A program made the translations under genes and the position numbers. The notes beneath the pieces were generated by a model. The model had not been told where the DNA came from. It made no database searches and worked only from the letters and a program-made list of their open reading frames with translations. From Nitrosopumilus sp. (GTDB lineage Archaea > Thermoproteota > Nitrososphaeria > Nitrososphaerales > Nitrosopumilaceae), in the NCBI GenBank assembly GCA_965218695.1, contig OZ244651.1:608001-672000 (forward strand): a stretch of DNA of 64,000 nucleotides. Direction: 5' to 3'. Of the stretch, positions 48,712-58,625 are shown one piece after another; the first letter of the stretch is position 1, and each line of letters starts with the position of its first letter.

Positions 48712-48993
48712 TCAGTCCTCTATGCGCACGCCGTTCCAGAACGCAATCCTGCCCTTGATCTTTTTGGCCGCATCGTTTGGCTCTGCATAGTACCACGCGC
48801 AGTTCCTGTTGGTCCTTCCGTTTACGGTAACAGAGTAGTAGCTTGCCATTCCCTTCCAGCCGCAGACGCTTGTAGTCTGGCTCTTTGCAAAGTATTCTGT
48901 CTTGATGGCCTCGGGCAGAAAGTACTTGGTTCCGTCAAGGTCGACTATGTCGCTTCCTTCTGCAATCACGACATCGTTCCATATGGCCCGCAT
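48712..48993 (-). CDS. DUF427 family protein
   Basis: AIWNDVVIAE..YF..CGWKGMASYY..AWYY.EP..IKGRIAFW. Confidence 0.85.
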   Translation of the reverse strand: MRAIWNDVVIAEGSDIVDLDGTKYFLPEAIKTEYFAKSQTTSVCGWKGMASYYSVTVNGRTNRNCAWYYAEPNDAAKKIKGRIAFWNGVRIED

Positions 48994-49265
48994 GAAACTC
49001 GTTCAATGGAGCCATATTTAAAAAATTGCCATGTGCCGTTCCCCCAAATGTGGGGCGCAGGCACGCCAAGACGCATCTCCTAATGTCTGGGAGTCATTGA
49101 GCCATGCCCTCCAGTCGGACAGGATTCGTCATTTCAGGATATCCGGGTTACCTGCAACATCACGGAACGGCCTTGGATACTTTGTGTGTACCGTGCCTAC
49201 CCGGAGGTTTGTCAAGATGCAGTCAGCACATGCACTGTTATTAGTCGGGGCAGGATATCCATGGT

Positions 49266-49484
49266 GTGAAGGGAGAGACTGCAGTCCTCATCGCAGGGAT
49301 GGTCATGTTTGTAGCGGGACTGGCCATGTTTTATCTCATAGAACGGGGACCCACGGAACCGGTTCTGGGATTTGTCAAGAATGCAGGCACGTTTATCGGC
49401 CTGAGCGGCATCGGGGTGTTCGTTGCAGGCATCATGCTGCGCCTGATAAGGCGGAACACGCCTCCGCTGCAGGAAGACGTCTGA
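49266..49484 (+). CDS. Small two-TM membrane protein
   Basis: Two hydrophobic helices; KNAGTFIGLSGIGV. Confidence 0.65.
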   Translation: MKGETAVLIAGMVMFVAGLAMFYLIERGPTEPVLGFVKNAGTFIGLSGIGVFVAGIMLRLIRRNTPPLQEDV

Positions 49485-49779
49485 AGGAAACAACCATTGG
49501 CATGGATTGGTACGAACACATCCGCATGACGGCTCTGCAATGCGGCAGACTTTCGTACAGGCCAGTACCAGATGACCCAAAAGGCTGCTTAGTGTGATAC
49601 TGCCTGAACCACCACCGGATCCTGTGGTGCCGTGATTACTTCTGGATTGTCTGGAGTGTCAGTCTTTGTAAATGTGCCCCCATGACGCCCTGAATTCTCA
49701 GGATCGCGCGGCAGCCTGTCAAAACAGATGTGGTGGCGTACCACGCGTTTGAACACACCGCGGATTGCCTGACAGTGAA

Positions 49780-49890
49780 GGAATTCGTGCTGGCTAGACT
49801 GGGATGCCATGGCTGGCACCGCGTGGGAATCGCTCGCCTGATCCCCGGCCAACGTGTCGCAAGGAATGAATCCGCTATCACGTGAACAAT
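49780..49890 (+). repeat. Diverged direct copy of ~43710-43822 (3' end of the SpoIIM-like gene and flank)
   Basis: GACTGGGA..CCATGG.TGGCACCGCGTGGGAATCGCT shared; DWDAMAGTAWESLA* versus DWDTMVGTAWESLV*. Confidence 0.75.
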
Positions 49891-49976
49891 ATGCAATGAG
49901 ATCATGGCGGCATGCAAGTCGGCATAACCCACGTTAGGCCATATTCAAAATAAAAAAAAGAAAAGGGGTGTGTGTT

Positions 49977-52900
49977 CTAGTTTACAGTTATTGCTATCGT
50001 TGCGGTTGGTGAGAGTGCAGTCGGGTTGTCGATGGATTCCCACACGAACGCAGTCACGTCGTACGTGCCTGCCTCGTCTGGAGTCCAAGAGACTGCCGGA
50101 CTGAGTGACTGTGATGCCGTCAGCGAACCCTTGATCCAGTCAAGTGAGACCGTGACGCCGTTTTCATCCTGTACCTGTATGAGGTAGGCAAACGCCTGTT
50201 CCTTGTCCTGTCCGTTGGTCACGTCAGACTCTAGCTGAATCTGGGTGTCAACGGATACGGTGTCCAAGGTGTTGCCGAATGAATCGACTGCTCGCAGGTC
50301 AGAGATTGGTGCCCTCTCCAGTGGCGGCACGATGGTACCGATCAGAGTGGTGGCGCCAACTCGGAGCCTTTCTGTCTCCTTGAACGGTGCCGGCAGCGTG
50401 TTGTCGTAGTACTGCGCGGTTACGGTGTCGCCCTCTACTACCCTGAGCCTGTGACCAGATGTGTCAACTCCAACACCAAAGAAGACGGTGCCTTCAAAGA
50501 TGCCGGTTGCAGCATTGGTCTCAGTCACGGTGAGGTCGATTCCGCCTCCGTCAGAGTCGGACCAGACGGTCACGTCAAAGTTGTCGACTGCCTCCGGGTT
50601 CAGGTTCATGTCTGGATCTATGATCCTGACTATTCCTGATCCGCTGGCAGGATAACTTGCCTCGAGCCACTGGACCTCTCCTACGTTCCACCTGATTAGG
50701 GCAGAGTTGCTTACTGTCTCGCCGTCAGAGAACTTGAATGATACGGATATTCCGCTTTCGCTGTCGGTTCCTATCTCGCCGTTGGTCGGTCCGCTTCCAT
50801 CCGGAGATGTCCTTCCGGTCGCGTCGCCGTCGCTGCCGTCGCCGTCTGCGTCATGATTGGAGAATCCTGTCAGGATTACCTCGCCTGTGAAGATGCCGGT
50901 GTCGGCACCAGTCTCGACAAGCTTGTACTCCTCAATGGCCTCTCCGCGTGTGGATACCCTTACCGGGTAGTCGTCGTTGTTGCCTATCTCGTCAACCTGG
51001 TCTGCATCGATGTTGTGGTCCGGTGCGACTACTGTCACGTAGACCTTGTCGGTCCACGTGTAGACGCGCTGGTCCAGCTCGATGGTTGCGCCAAAGTTGG
51101 ACGTGTAGATGGTGGCAGTTACGGATTCGTCCTTGTCTCCGACATAGTCAGAGCCGGATGGTCCCCAGTCTGTATACTCCAGTGTGATCTCCTCACCCCT
51201 CTCGAGGCGGTCATCGTCTATCTCGTTTGGAATGCTGATCACGACCTGGAATATTCCAGTGTTGGTGCCGGTTTCAAGGAGATTGGAGGGCGTCGCGCCG
51301 AACACGCCATCATCAAGTGTGGCTGTGCCCGCGTCAGAGTCCCATTCTATCAGGTCAAGGGTGTACGTCTCTGTGGAGTCGCTGTCAAGGTTCAGGTCGG
51401 GTTCGATGAGTGTCAGTATCGCGTCGCTTCCGATGATGTACGCAGTCTGGTCGGACTGGAGTACGCCGTTTCGCAAGTCGAACGTTGCAGAGTCGGTAAC
51501 GGTGTTTGGACTGCCTGATGCGTCGGATGGATCCTCGTATTCAGCATGGAGAATGTCTCCCTGCATGATACAGTTTTCCAGCTCGTCTGGACATTTGTTG
51601 CTGGATGGACCAGTCGCGTATGTGATGGTCATCTCGTGCTCAAATATGCCAGAATTGGGTGCAGTCTCAGAGATTGCATTGGCTGCTGAGTCTCCAACAG
51701 GAGCAAATTCGTAGGGAGCAGAACCGCCGCGGAGTACGCTCACCTTAAGGGATGCGTCTTCGATGGTGTCTATTCCGTTGGCTGACGTGTCATAGTCAGG
51801 ATCGTTGATGCTGACATAGACGGTCAGGTCGCCTGCTGAAAGGGTATCGCCTGCTGCCGTCTTAAAGGAGGTTGCACTGAATGGCACCGGGTAGACGGTC
51901 CTGTCAAGGCTTACGGATCCTGTTGCGGATCGTATTCCCGCAGAAGCGCTTACGCTGATGGTTGAACCAGAGTCGTCCCTGAAGTCAAGATACTTGACTG
52001 AGATGTCAGCGCCTGTGACGCCGGCTGGACTTCCGTTAGGATGACAGTAGTTTGCCGGAACCGCGAAGGTACCGGTGAACACGCCTGTGGCGGCTCCTGT
52101 CTCCTGAAGCGTAAAGTCTGTAGCGTCAAGTCCGGTCATGCCGTCACATCCTGCCTCCCATGGGTTGCTGTCGATGGATACGATGAGCAGTTCGCCGTTT
52201 GTGAATTCGGTCGAGGCGACGCCGACAATGTCACTGTCGATCGTCGTATAGACGTCGGCCTTCCCGCTATCAACGTTCAGGTCTGCGTCCTCTACGGTCA
52301 CTGTGGCTGTGTCTGCCACCTTGTAGGCGTCAGAGTCGAAGTATACCGCACCCGAGTGTGTCGGGGTGGCTGCCTCGGCCGTGAACAGCGTCTCGTCGCC
52401 ATTGGTGTCGATGTCAAGATAGTCTACGGAAACTGAGCTGTCGTCGGATATCAGTATGATGTTGTCATCGATTGCCTGAATGCCGGTGTATGTGTCATCA
52501 TTCAGTATGTTGACCTGGTTGAGTCCGATGTACTCCAGAGTGCCTGTAAAGTCACTGCTGTTGTCTCCGTCCTCTTGGAGTTCAAGCCTGTAGATGGCGT
52601 TGTTGACCAAGTCGGTTCCGTCTATAAGACCGAACGAGAATACGTCGATCACGATCATGTCATCTGATGCGTCTCCACTGTATCTGATGTTGACTGCATA
52701 GTCGTCATCGATGTACTCAGTGACGTCTACCAGACCACGTCCATCAGTATCCACGCGATTACTATTGATAGTAACCGATGCATCGTCGCCAAGTGCGCTT
52801 ACATCATAGTTCAGCATGTGCACGCCTTCGAAGTTACCGTCCGGAATGTCCAAGGTTCCCGTGGCACTACCTGAAGTGGATGCGGCAATTCTGCCGTTAT

Positions 52901-54845
52901 CATCGCCTCCAAGTGTGAACGGTTCTCCAATCGTTATGGTTGGAATGATGTGGGATGATTTCGTAACCGATAGGTCGTCGTCGTTAAGTGAGTTGGTGTT
53001 GGCGTCACTGTCTGTCAGCGTGATGCCGATCTCCTCGCCAGAGTTCCATTCGTCACCTGCGTCTATTACGATGTTGGTCTCACCGAAGCCTATGGAGGAT
53101 GTCACGGTGTTGTCATATGTTACTGAAAATGACAGTCCCCTGTCGGCATTTGCGGTGGTGCGTACGTTTGGCGTGTCGCCGGGTGCGTTGGTGAATACTG
53201 AGGTGTTCGAGTCGTCCTCGCCGAATTCTATCAGGAATTCGTCTGTGCTGCTTGTGCTACAAGATTCAACACATTCTACCAGGGCGGTGTTGCCGTTGTT
53301 GTATTTGGAGAGGCTAAAGCCCTCGTCGGTTGAAACTGCGATTCCGTTACTGTCAGTGGGATCTGGGTTGTCAGTTACAGCATCACCAGATTCTGTAGTA
53401 TAGGTAGTATTTGCGGATTCAACATCATCATCGTATGTTGCATGTGCGCTACCTTCTACGGTGCCACCTGGGCCGTCACCTGCGATTACTTCGTATTCTG
53501 CCTGTGCGGTACCCTTGTATGCAGCATCGGCTGTATCTGTGATAGTTTTGTCTCCATTGACTGCGGTGTAGGTTGCATCAGCTGAGCCGTCCGCAACAAG
53601 TGCGGTCTGTGCAGCAGCGTCGCCGTCAGTCGCATAGGCAGGTGGAGTGCCGCCCTCATAGAAGGTACTAAGCTTGGTGTTGACAGCAGTTATGTAGGCA
53701 CCTGCATCGGGAACCGTATTGATGTCATCGAATGGTTCGAATCCGGCGATTATCTCGTACTCTAGCTGCGCGATGCCCTTGTAATTGGCTATCTCCACAG
53801 CTTCAATAGGATCGCTAAATTCGATGTCTTTGTCTCCTAGTACCTCTTGTGCGCGGTTCTGTTGTTCTACTGTCAGGGTGATGTCGTCAACGGCCTGAGT
53901 GGATCTAGTGATGGCAGCGTCTCTCTTTTCTGCGGCTTCAGCAATGGCTGTAGCCGGGACTGCTGCGGCGATCTTGGCGTCTCTATCTCTTTCGGCCTCG
54001 GTGATCTTGGCGTCTCTATCCACTATGGCTTTAGCCAAAGCAGCGTCTCTTTTGTCTATGGCGGCAGATTCGGCTTCAGCTCTGTCTGCATTGCCTTGAA
54101 CAGAGTTTGGAACGTCCCTGTAGTATGAGGTCCCATCACTGCCAAGGTACCAAGTATCCGCAGATGTTGGGTCCACGTTGAGTGCCTGGTCGTCGAGCGT
54201 GATTACCACGCCTGTACCCTGCGGGTATACCGACCTGTCGAGGCTTGCGCTCTCGGACGGATCGTCATAATCCATGGATACGGTCTGGTCTGCTCCCGGC
54301 CTCTCATAAACAACGTCAAATCCGCTGCTTAGATCCTCAATGAGTTGGACTCGATGGTCAGCAAATGGTGGGTCGCCAACAAGAGAATTAACTTCTGTAC
54401 AGCCTCGCATCGCAATATTATAGAGACCAGCGTCTGTTTGAACGGGTGCTAGTGCAGCCGTACAAGCATTGCCGTCGGCGTCGTTAGCTAAACCAGACCC
54501 CCGGATTTCATCAGCTGCAAAGTATCCATACCATGCACCAGAGAAAAATTTCATTCCAAGGCGGTTTCCGTCCACGGTTACTATTGGTCGGCTAGTATTT
54601 TCGTCAGTCAGATCGTCAATAATCACGACCTCCACTATGTTGGTCGCTGCTATCTCGTTGTCGGCGTTCTGTCCCTCCGCTGATACCTTCAGGTTCGGGT
54701 TGCTTGATATCTGTGCGGCCTGTGCCGGCTCCATGCCGGGTATGGCAAACGTGAGTCCGCCGGCCACCATTATCGCCATCAGTGCTATGCTTGTAAGGTT
54801 TCTTAGATCTGTATCACTAAATTGCTTTTTAGATTTGTTTTTCAT
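49977..54845 (-). CDS. Thaumarchaeal S-layer protein (SlaA-like)
   Basis: TSIALMAIMVAGGLTFAIPG signal; repeated ETG.NTGIF.G Ig-like modules; C-terminal FVWESIDNPTALSP; very acidic. Confidence 0.88.
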   Translation of the reverse strand: MKNKSKKQFSDTDLRNLTSIALMAIMVAGGLTFAIPGMEPAQAAQISSNPNLKVSAEGQNADNEIAATNIVEVVIIDDLTDENTSRPIVTVDGNRLGMKFFSGAWYGYFAADEIRGSGLANDADGNACTAALAPVQTDAGLYNIAMRGCTEVNSLVGDPPFADHRVQLIEDLSSGFDVVYERPGADQTVSMDYDDPSESASLDRSVYPQGTGVVITLDDQALNVDPTSADTWYLGSDGTSYYRDVPNSVQGNADRAEAESAAIDKRDAALAKAIVDRDAKITEAERDRDAKIAAAVPATAIAEAAEKRDAAITRSTQAVDDITLTVEQQNRAQEVLGDKDIEFSDPIEAVEIANYKGIAQLEYEIIAGFEPFDDINTVPDAGAYITAVNTKLSTFYEGGTPPAYATDGDAAAQTALVADGSADATYTAVNGDKTITDTADAAYKGTAQAEYEVIAGDGPGGTVEGSAHATYDDDVESANTTYTTESGDAVTDNPDPTDSNGIAVSTDEGFSLSKYNNGNTALVECVESCSTSSTDEFLIEFGEDDSNTSVFTNAPGDTPNVRTTANADRGLSFSVTYDNTVTSSIGFGETNIVIDAGDEWNSGEEIGITLTDSDANTNSLNDDDLSVTKSSHIIPTITIGEPFTLGGDDNGRIAASTSGSATGTLDIPDGNFEGVHMLNYDVSALGDDASVTINSNRVDTDGRGLVDVTEYIDDDYAVNIRYSGDASDDMIVIDVFSFGLIDGTDLVNNAIYRLELQEDGDNSSDFTGTLEYIGLNQVNILNDDTYTGIQAIDDNIILISDDSSVSVDYLDIDTNGDETLFTAEAATPTHSGAVYFDSDAYKVADTATVTVEDADLNVDSGKADVYTTIDSDIVGVASTEFTNGELLIVSIDSNPWEAGCDGMTGLDATDFTLQETGAATGVFTGTFAVPANYCHPNGSPAGVTGADISVKYLDFRDDSGSTISVSASAGIRSATGSVSLDRTVYPVPFSATSFKTAAGDTLSAGDLTVYVSINDPDYDTSANGIDTIEDASLKVSVLRGGSAPYEFAPVGDSAANAISETAPNSGIFEHEMTITYATGPSSNKCPDELENCIMQGDILHAEYEDPSDASGSPNTVTDSATFDLRNGVLQSDQTAYIIGSDAILTLIEPDLNLDSDSTETYTLDLIEWDSDAGTATLDDGVFGATPSNLLETGTNTGIFQVVISIPNEIDDDRLERGEEITLEYTDWGPSGSDYVGDKDESVTATIYTSNFGATIELDQRVYTWTDKVYVTVVAPDHNIDADQVDEIGNNDDYPVRVSTRGEAIEEYKLVETGADTGIFTGEVILTGFSNHDADGDGSDGDATGRTSPDGSGPTNGEIGTDSESGISVSFKFSDGETVSNSALIRWNVGEVQWLEASYPASGSGIVRIIDPDMNLNPEAVDNFDVTVWSDSDGGGIDLTVTETNAATGIFEGTVFFGVGVDTSGHRLRVVEGDTVTAQYYDNTLPAPFKETERLRVGATTLIGTIVPPLERAPISDLRAVDSFGNTLDTVSVDTQIQLESDVTNGQDKEQAFAYLIQVQDENGVTVSLDWIKGSLTASQSLSPAVSWTPDEAGTYDVTAFVWESIDNPTALSPTATIAITVN

Positions 54846-55078
54846 GTTATTGGAATTCAATCAGGAAGACGATCCTTAGGTGTAATGAGCAACTGATCTA
54901 CATTTTTCCCCGCAGGACGGCATCCGGGTTTTCGCGGCGTTTCCCCCCAACACGAATTACATTTCTCAATGCATTCGCACACAAGTGCCAGCCGCAAGGA
55001 TGCGCGAACATGCAGCAACCGGTGTACCATCTGCAGCACGCAACCAAATTTATAATGATGAAACAGACCGGCAGTGAA

Positions 55079-55501
55079 ATGTCAGAGAAGGCATGGATTG
55101 GCGCAATCTACCTCAAGGACGAGGGCGGGTACCGGATAGTGCTCAAATCACTGCACCACTACAAAAAGAGATTGAGAACCATAGGACGCAGTCCGGAGCT
55201 CAAGGATGCAGCAGCCATGTTTGGGCCGGTCCTGGTCCAGCAGGCGGCAAAGACCATCCCGAAGATCAACGAGACGGTTCTGGCCATCCAGGAGTGCCTG
55301 GACGGCACCAGGCAGATCGACGAGCTAAGGGGAGAGCTGCCGTTTCTGAAAAAGTCGCTTTCATGCTATGAGGCAGACATCCTCAAGGCGCGGGACTCCG
55401 GATACGACTATTTTGTGGATCTTGTGGGGGACATGAGGGAGGCAGAAGGCGACCTGGCATCCATCGGCACCGCGCTGGAGAGGCTGGGACAGTTTTCATA
55501 G
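55079..55501 (+). CDS. Conserved hypothetical protein
   Basis: WIGAIYLKDEGGY.IVLKSL.HYKKRL. Confidence 0.7.
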   Translation: MSEKAWIGAIYLKDEGGYRIVLKSLHHYKKRLRTIGRSPELKDAAAMFGPVLVQQAAKTIPKINETVLAIQECLDGTRQIDELRGELPFLKKSLSCYEADILKARDSGYDYFVDLVGDMREAEGDLASIGTALERLGQFS

Positions 55502-55798
55502 TCCCTGGAGGTACCAGTCAAGGTAGGGGGTCAGCGCCCTGCAGAGGCGCTTTCGTTCGGCCCCGTCTGAGACTGCCTGAATCTTTTGAATCTTGCCCCG
55601 GAGGTACTCGGACGTGAGGCTGCTCTGAAGGCTTGGCAGAATCTGGTTGATGATTCCAAGGAACTCGTCTGCAGAGACGCCATCAAAGTTGTGCAGCGCG
55701 TTTCTTGCCTGCCGTTCCAGGGGAGAGGGGCGCCGTCGTGGTGGTGGTGCGCCTGCCGGCGGATCATGCGGCGGCGGCGGCGGCGGTTCTGCAGTCAT
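55496..55798 (-). CDS. Hypothetical protein
   Basis: Pro-rich N-terminus; C-terminal PYLDWYLQGL; ATGA overlap with the upstream gene. Confidence 0.65.
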   Translation of the reverse strand: MTAEPPPPPPHDPPAGAPPPRRRPSPLERQARNALHNFDGVSADEFLGIINQILPSLQSSLTSEYLRGKIQKIQAVSDGAERKRLCRALTPYLDWYLQGL

Positions 55799-56025
55799 TT
55801 CAGGACATCCCCGTCATCCCACGTAAGCCTGAACTTGCCGGTAACCCGGAACATCTTGAGCCGTCCGCCCTTTTTGAAGTTGAGCCGGTATGACTTGTGG
55901 GACGTGTCCTCGATCTCAATGGATACGCCGTCCTTGACTGTCTGGAATATGATGGGGTCATTGGAGATTTGATCCCATTCCTCGCTCTCAAAATCCATGT
56001 AGAACTTTGTGTACAGCAGTCCCAT
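55795..56025 (-). CDS. Conserved hypothetical protein
   Basis: MGLLYTKFYMDF...FRVTGKFRLTWDD. Confidence 0.7.
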   Translation of the reverse strand: MGLLYTKFYMDFESEEWDQISNDPIIFQTVKDGVSIEIEDTSHKSYRLNFKKGGRLKMFRVTGKFRLTWDDGDVLK

Positions 56026-56131
56026 GGAGTAGTAGCGGGGCGTACCTGAATAAATAACCTGGGGGTGCATGGGATGGCTCTGCTGCTGCTACTACCTGCT
56101 CTGCATGCACCGTGGGAGGCGTGCGCGAGTC

Positions 56132-58324
56132 CTATTCCCTGTCGATGAACTCGCTTGCGACAGGCGGGTTGGGTGCAAGCCCCTTGCGTTTTCTGATGTC
56201 AGAGACTGCCGTCTGCAGCAGGGACTTTGGGATCTCGATCCACGCCTTGAATGACGTGTTCCATGTTGCGCGTCCTGCAGTATGGCCCCTCATCTCTTCT
56301 GAGAGCGTAAAGGTCTCGGATGCCGGAATCTCGCCGGTAATGATGCTTGATGCGCCCTTTTGGACCATGTCAAGCACCTTGCCGCGCTTGCCTGACAGGA
56401 CAGTCGCCACGTTTCCCACCAGGTCGGTCGGAACGCGCACCTCCACTGCCAGCACCGGCTCGAGCACGGCGGTCCCCGCAGTGAGCAGCGCCCCCATGCA
56501 CGCCCTGCGGGATGCAGGGCCAAGCTGGGAGAGTCCCCTGTGGGCAGTATCCTCGTGCGGAACAAAATGGGTAAAGATGAACTTGCAGTCCCTCATCTGC
56601 TCCCTGCACAGCGGGCCCTCCTTCATGACATCGTCGAATCCGGAGTTTATAGAGTCGGTGGACTCCTGGACGAACTGGACCCCCTTGGTTCCGTTTATCA
56701 GGACGTTGCCGCGCGAGTCAAACCTCATGATCCTCTTGATGGTGTCAGTGTCCCATCCGGCGCCCTTTAGCAGGTCAGAGACGATCTGCTTGTCCTTGAG
56801 ATCGCTTATCTCGCCGGTCCTGAGCATGTGTGCAATCTCGGGCTCAAGGGACTCGACTTTCATGAAGATCTTGTTGTGCCTGTTGGGCGACTTTGCCATT
56901 ACCGGCTCGCATGAGGCCTTGACAGTCTCCCTGTAGTTGATCAAAGGCTCCGAGGTGACTATGGGCACCTTGGCGTCCTGGATTCGGTGCGTTGCCACGT
57001 CCAGGTGCAGCACCCCCATGCCTGCGACTATGGTCTCGCCGCTCTCCTCGTCTATCTTTACCACCAGGTTGGGATCCTCTATGGTCAGCTGCCGCAGCAC
57101 CTCTACCAGTTTGGGCAGGTCCTTGGGGTGTTTTGGCTCTACTGCCACCTGGACTACGGGTTCTGAGACGTACTTTACCCCCTCGAACATCTGAATGCCC
57201 TTGACAGAAGATATCGTGTTGCCGGCCCGGGCCTCGGTCAGCCCAAGCAGCGCGGGGATGTTTCCGGCGCCGAGATGGCCGACCTGCTCCCTCTGGTTTC
57301 CCATGAAAAAGTTCACAGACTGGATTCGCCCCTCGCGCTTCTCGTCAATTATGTTGATCGTCTGGCCGTCCCTGATGGTACCAGAGAACAGCCTGCCGAT
57401 TGCGACGGGGCCGGCGGCAGGATCCAGCACCATGTTGACTATCATCATTATGGTCGGCCCGTCGTCGCTGCATGCAAGAAGCGCCTTTCCGATGTCCGAG
57501 TCGAGATCCCCCTTCCATATCTGGGGAATCCTGTACTTTACTGCCTCGTGCGGGGCAGGATGGTGCTTTACGACCATCCCGAGCACGGCATCGGCCAGGG
57601 GCGCCTTCTCCACCAGGTCAGGGACGGTCCCCTTCTCGTAGGCGTCTATCACGTCCTTGAAGGTGATCCCCCGCTTCTTCATAAGATCAATGTTGATGGC
57701 CCACCTGTCCTTTGCAGAGCCAAACGTCACGCTTGCGTCCTGGATGGAGACCTTCCACTTCTCCCTGTACTCGGGTTCCGCGTATGTATCGAGAAGCTGG
57801 TTAAAGTTTGAGACGACGTCCACCAGCTGCTGCTGCATCTTCTCCGGGGTGAGCCTGAGCTCCTTTATGAGGCGGTCCACCTTGTTTATGAAGAGCACCG
57901 GCTTGACCCGCTCCTCGAGGGCCATCCTGGTTACAGTCTCAGTCTGGGTCATTATCCCCTCGACTGCGTCACACACCACGACTGCCCCGTCGATTGCCCT
58001 GAGGCTCCGAATGACCCTTCCGCTAAAGTCCACGTGTCCGGGGGTGTCTATCATGTTAATCACGTACTCTTTGTCGTCTTGGGAGAAGTGCAGCGTGACG
58101 TTTGCCTGGTATATGGTGATTCCCCTCTGCTGCTCCTCCTTGTCAAAGTCCATTGCAAGCGCCTTTCCGGCAGCAGAAGGCGCTATTATCCCAGAGTACG
58201 CCAAGAGGCTGTCACTCATGGTGGTCTTGCCGTGATCCACGTGGGCTATAACGCCAAAGTTCCTGATCTGGTCCTTGTTTTTGATGATCTTAAGAACTTC
58301 CCCAGTCGACTTGAATTTGACCAT
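56132..58324 (-). CDS. fusA: Translation elongation factor 2 (aEF-2)
   Basis: AHVDHGKTT, RGITI, DTPGHVDF, NKVD, SPNRHN, diphthamide loop HEDTAHRG. Confidence 0.97.
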   Translation of the reverse strand: MVKFKSTGEVLKIIKNKDQIRNFGVIAHVDHGKTTMSDSLLAYSGIIAPSAAGKALAMDFDKEEQQRGITIYQANVTLHFSQDDKEYVINMIDTPGHVDFSGRVIRSLRAIDGAVVVCDAVEGIMTQTETVTRMALEERVKPVLFINKVDRLIKELRLTPEKMQQQLVDVVSNFNQLLDTYAEPEYREKWKVSIQDASVTFGSAKDRWAINIDLMKKRGITFKDVIDAYEKGTVPDLVEKAPLADAVLGMVVKHHPAPHEAVKYRIPQIWKGDLDSDIGKALLACSDDGPTIMMIVNMVLDPAAGPVAIGRLFSGTIRDGQTINIIDEKREGRIQSVNFFMGNQREQVGHLGAGNIPALLGLTEARAGNTISSVKGIQMFEGVKYVSEPVVQVAVEPKHPKDLPKLVEVLRQLTIEDPNLVVKIDEESGETIVAGMGVLHLDVATHRIQDAKVPIVTSEPLINYRETVKASCEPVMAKSPNRHNKIFMKVESLEPEIAHMLRTGEISDLKDKQIVSDLLKGAGWDTDTIKRIMRFDSRGNVLINGTKGVQFVQESTDSINSGFDDVMKEGPLCREQMRDCKFIFTHFVPHEDTAHRGLSQLGPASRRACMGALLTAGTAVLEPVLAVEVRVPTDLVGNVATVLSGKRGKVLDMVQKGASSIITGEIPASETFTLSEEMRGHTAGRATWNTSFKAWIEIPKSLLQTAVSDIRKRKGLAPNPPVASEFIDRE

Positions 58325-58625
58325 ATCGCACAGCCTAAAACTCTGGTATTAAATCATTCCCTTATCTTAGCAACATGGGGTACTGCCTCTGCCAGCCCGC
58401 TTGGTTCTCTTCCAGCGCCGCCCGTTCTGCTAGTAGCCGTATCTGAGTACTCGAACCAAGCGATCCTGCTTGCAGCATCGAATGTGATCCCCGTACAAAT
58501 TCCTGATGACTTTAAACACTACCTCCATGATGCTCCCCGGATGGCACTCGGACTTGAGCCAGACTGGATTCTTAAAACGTGGACGGTGCTGTCCTGCATC
58601 GGAAAGAGAATACCTGCGCTCTCCG

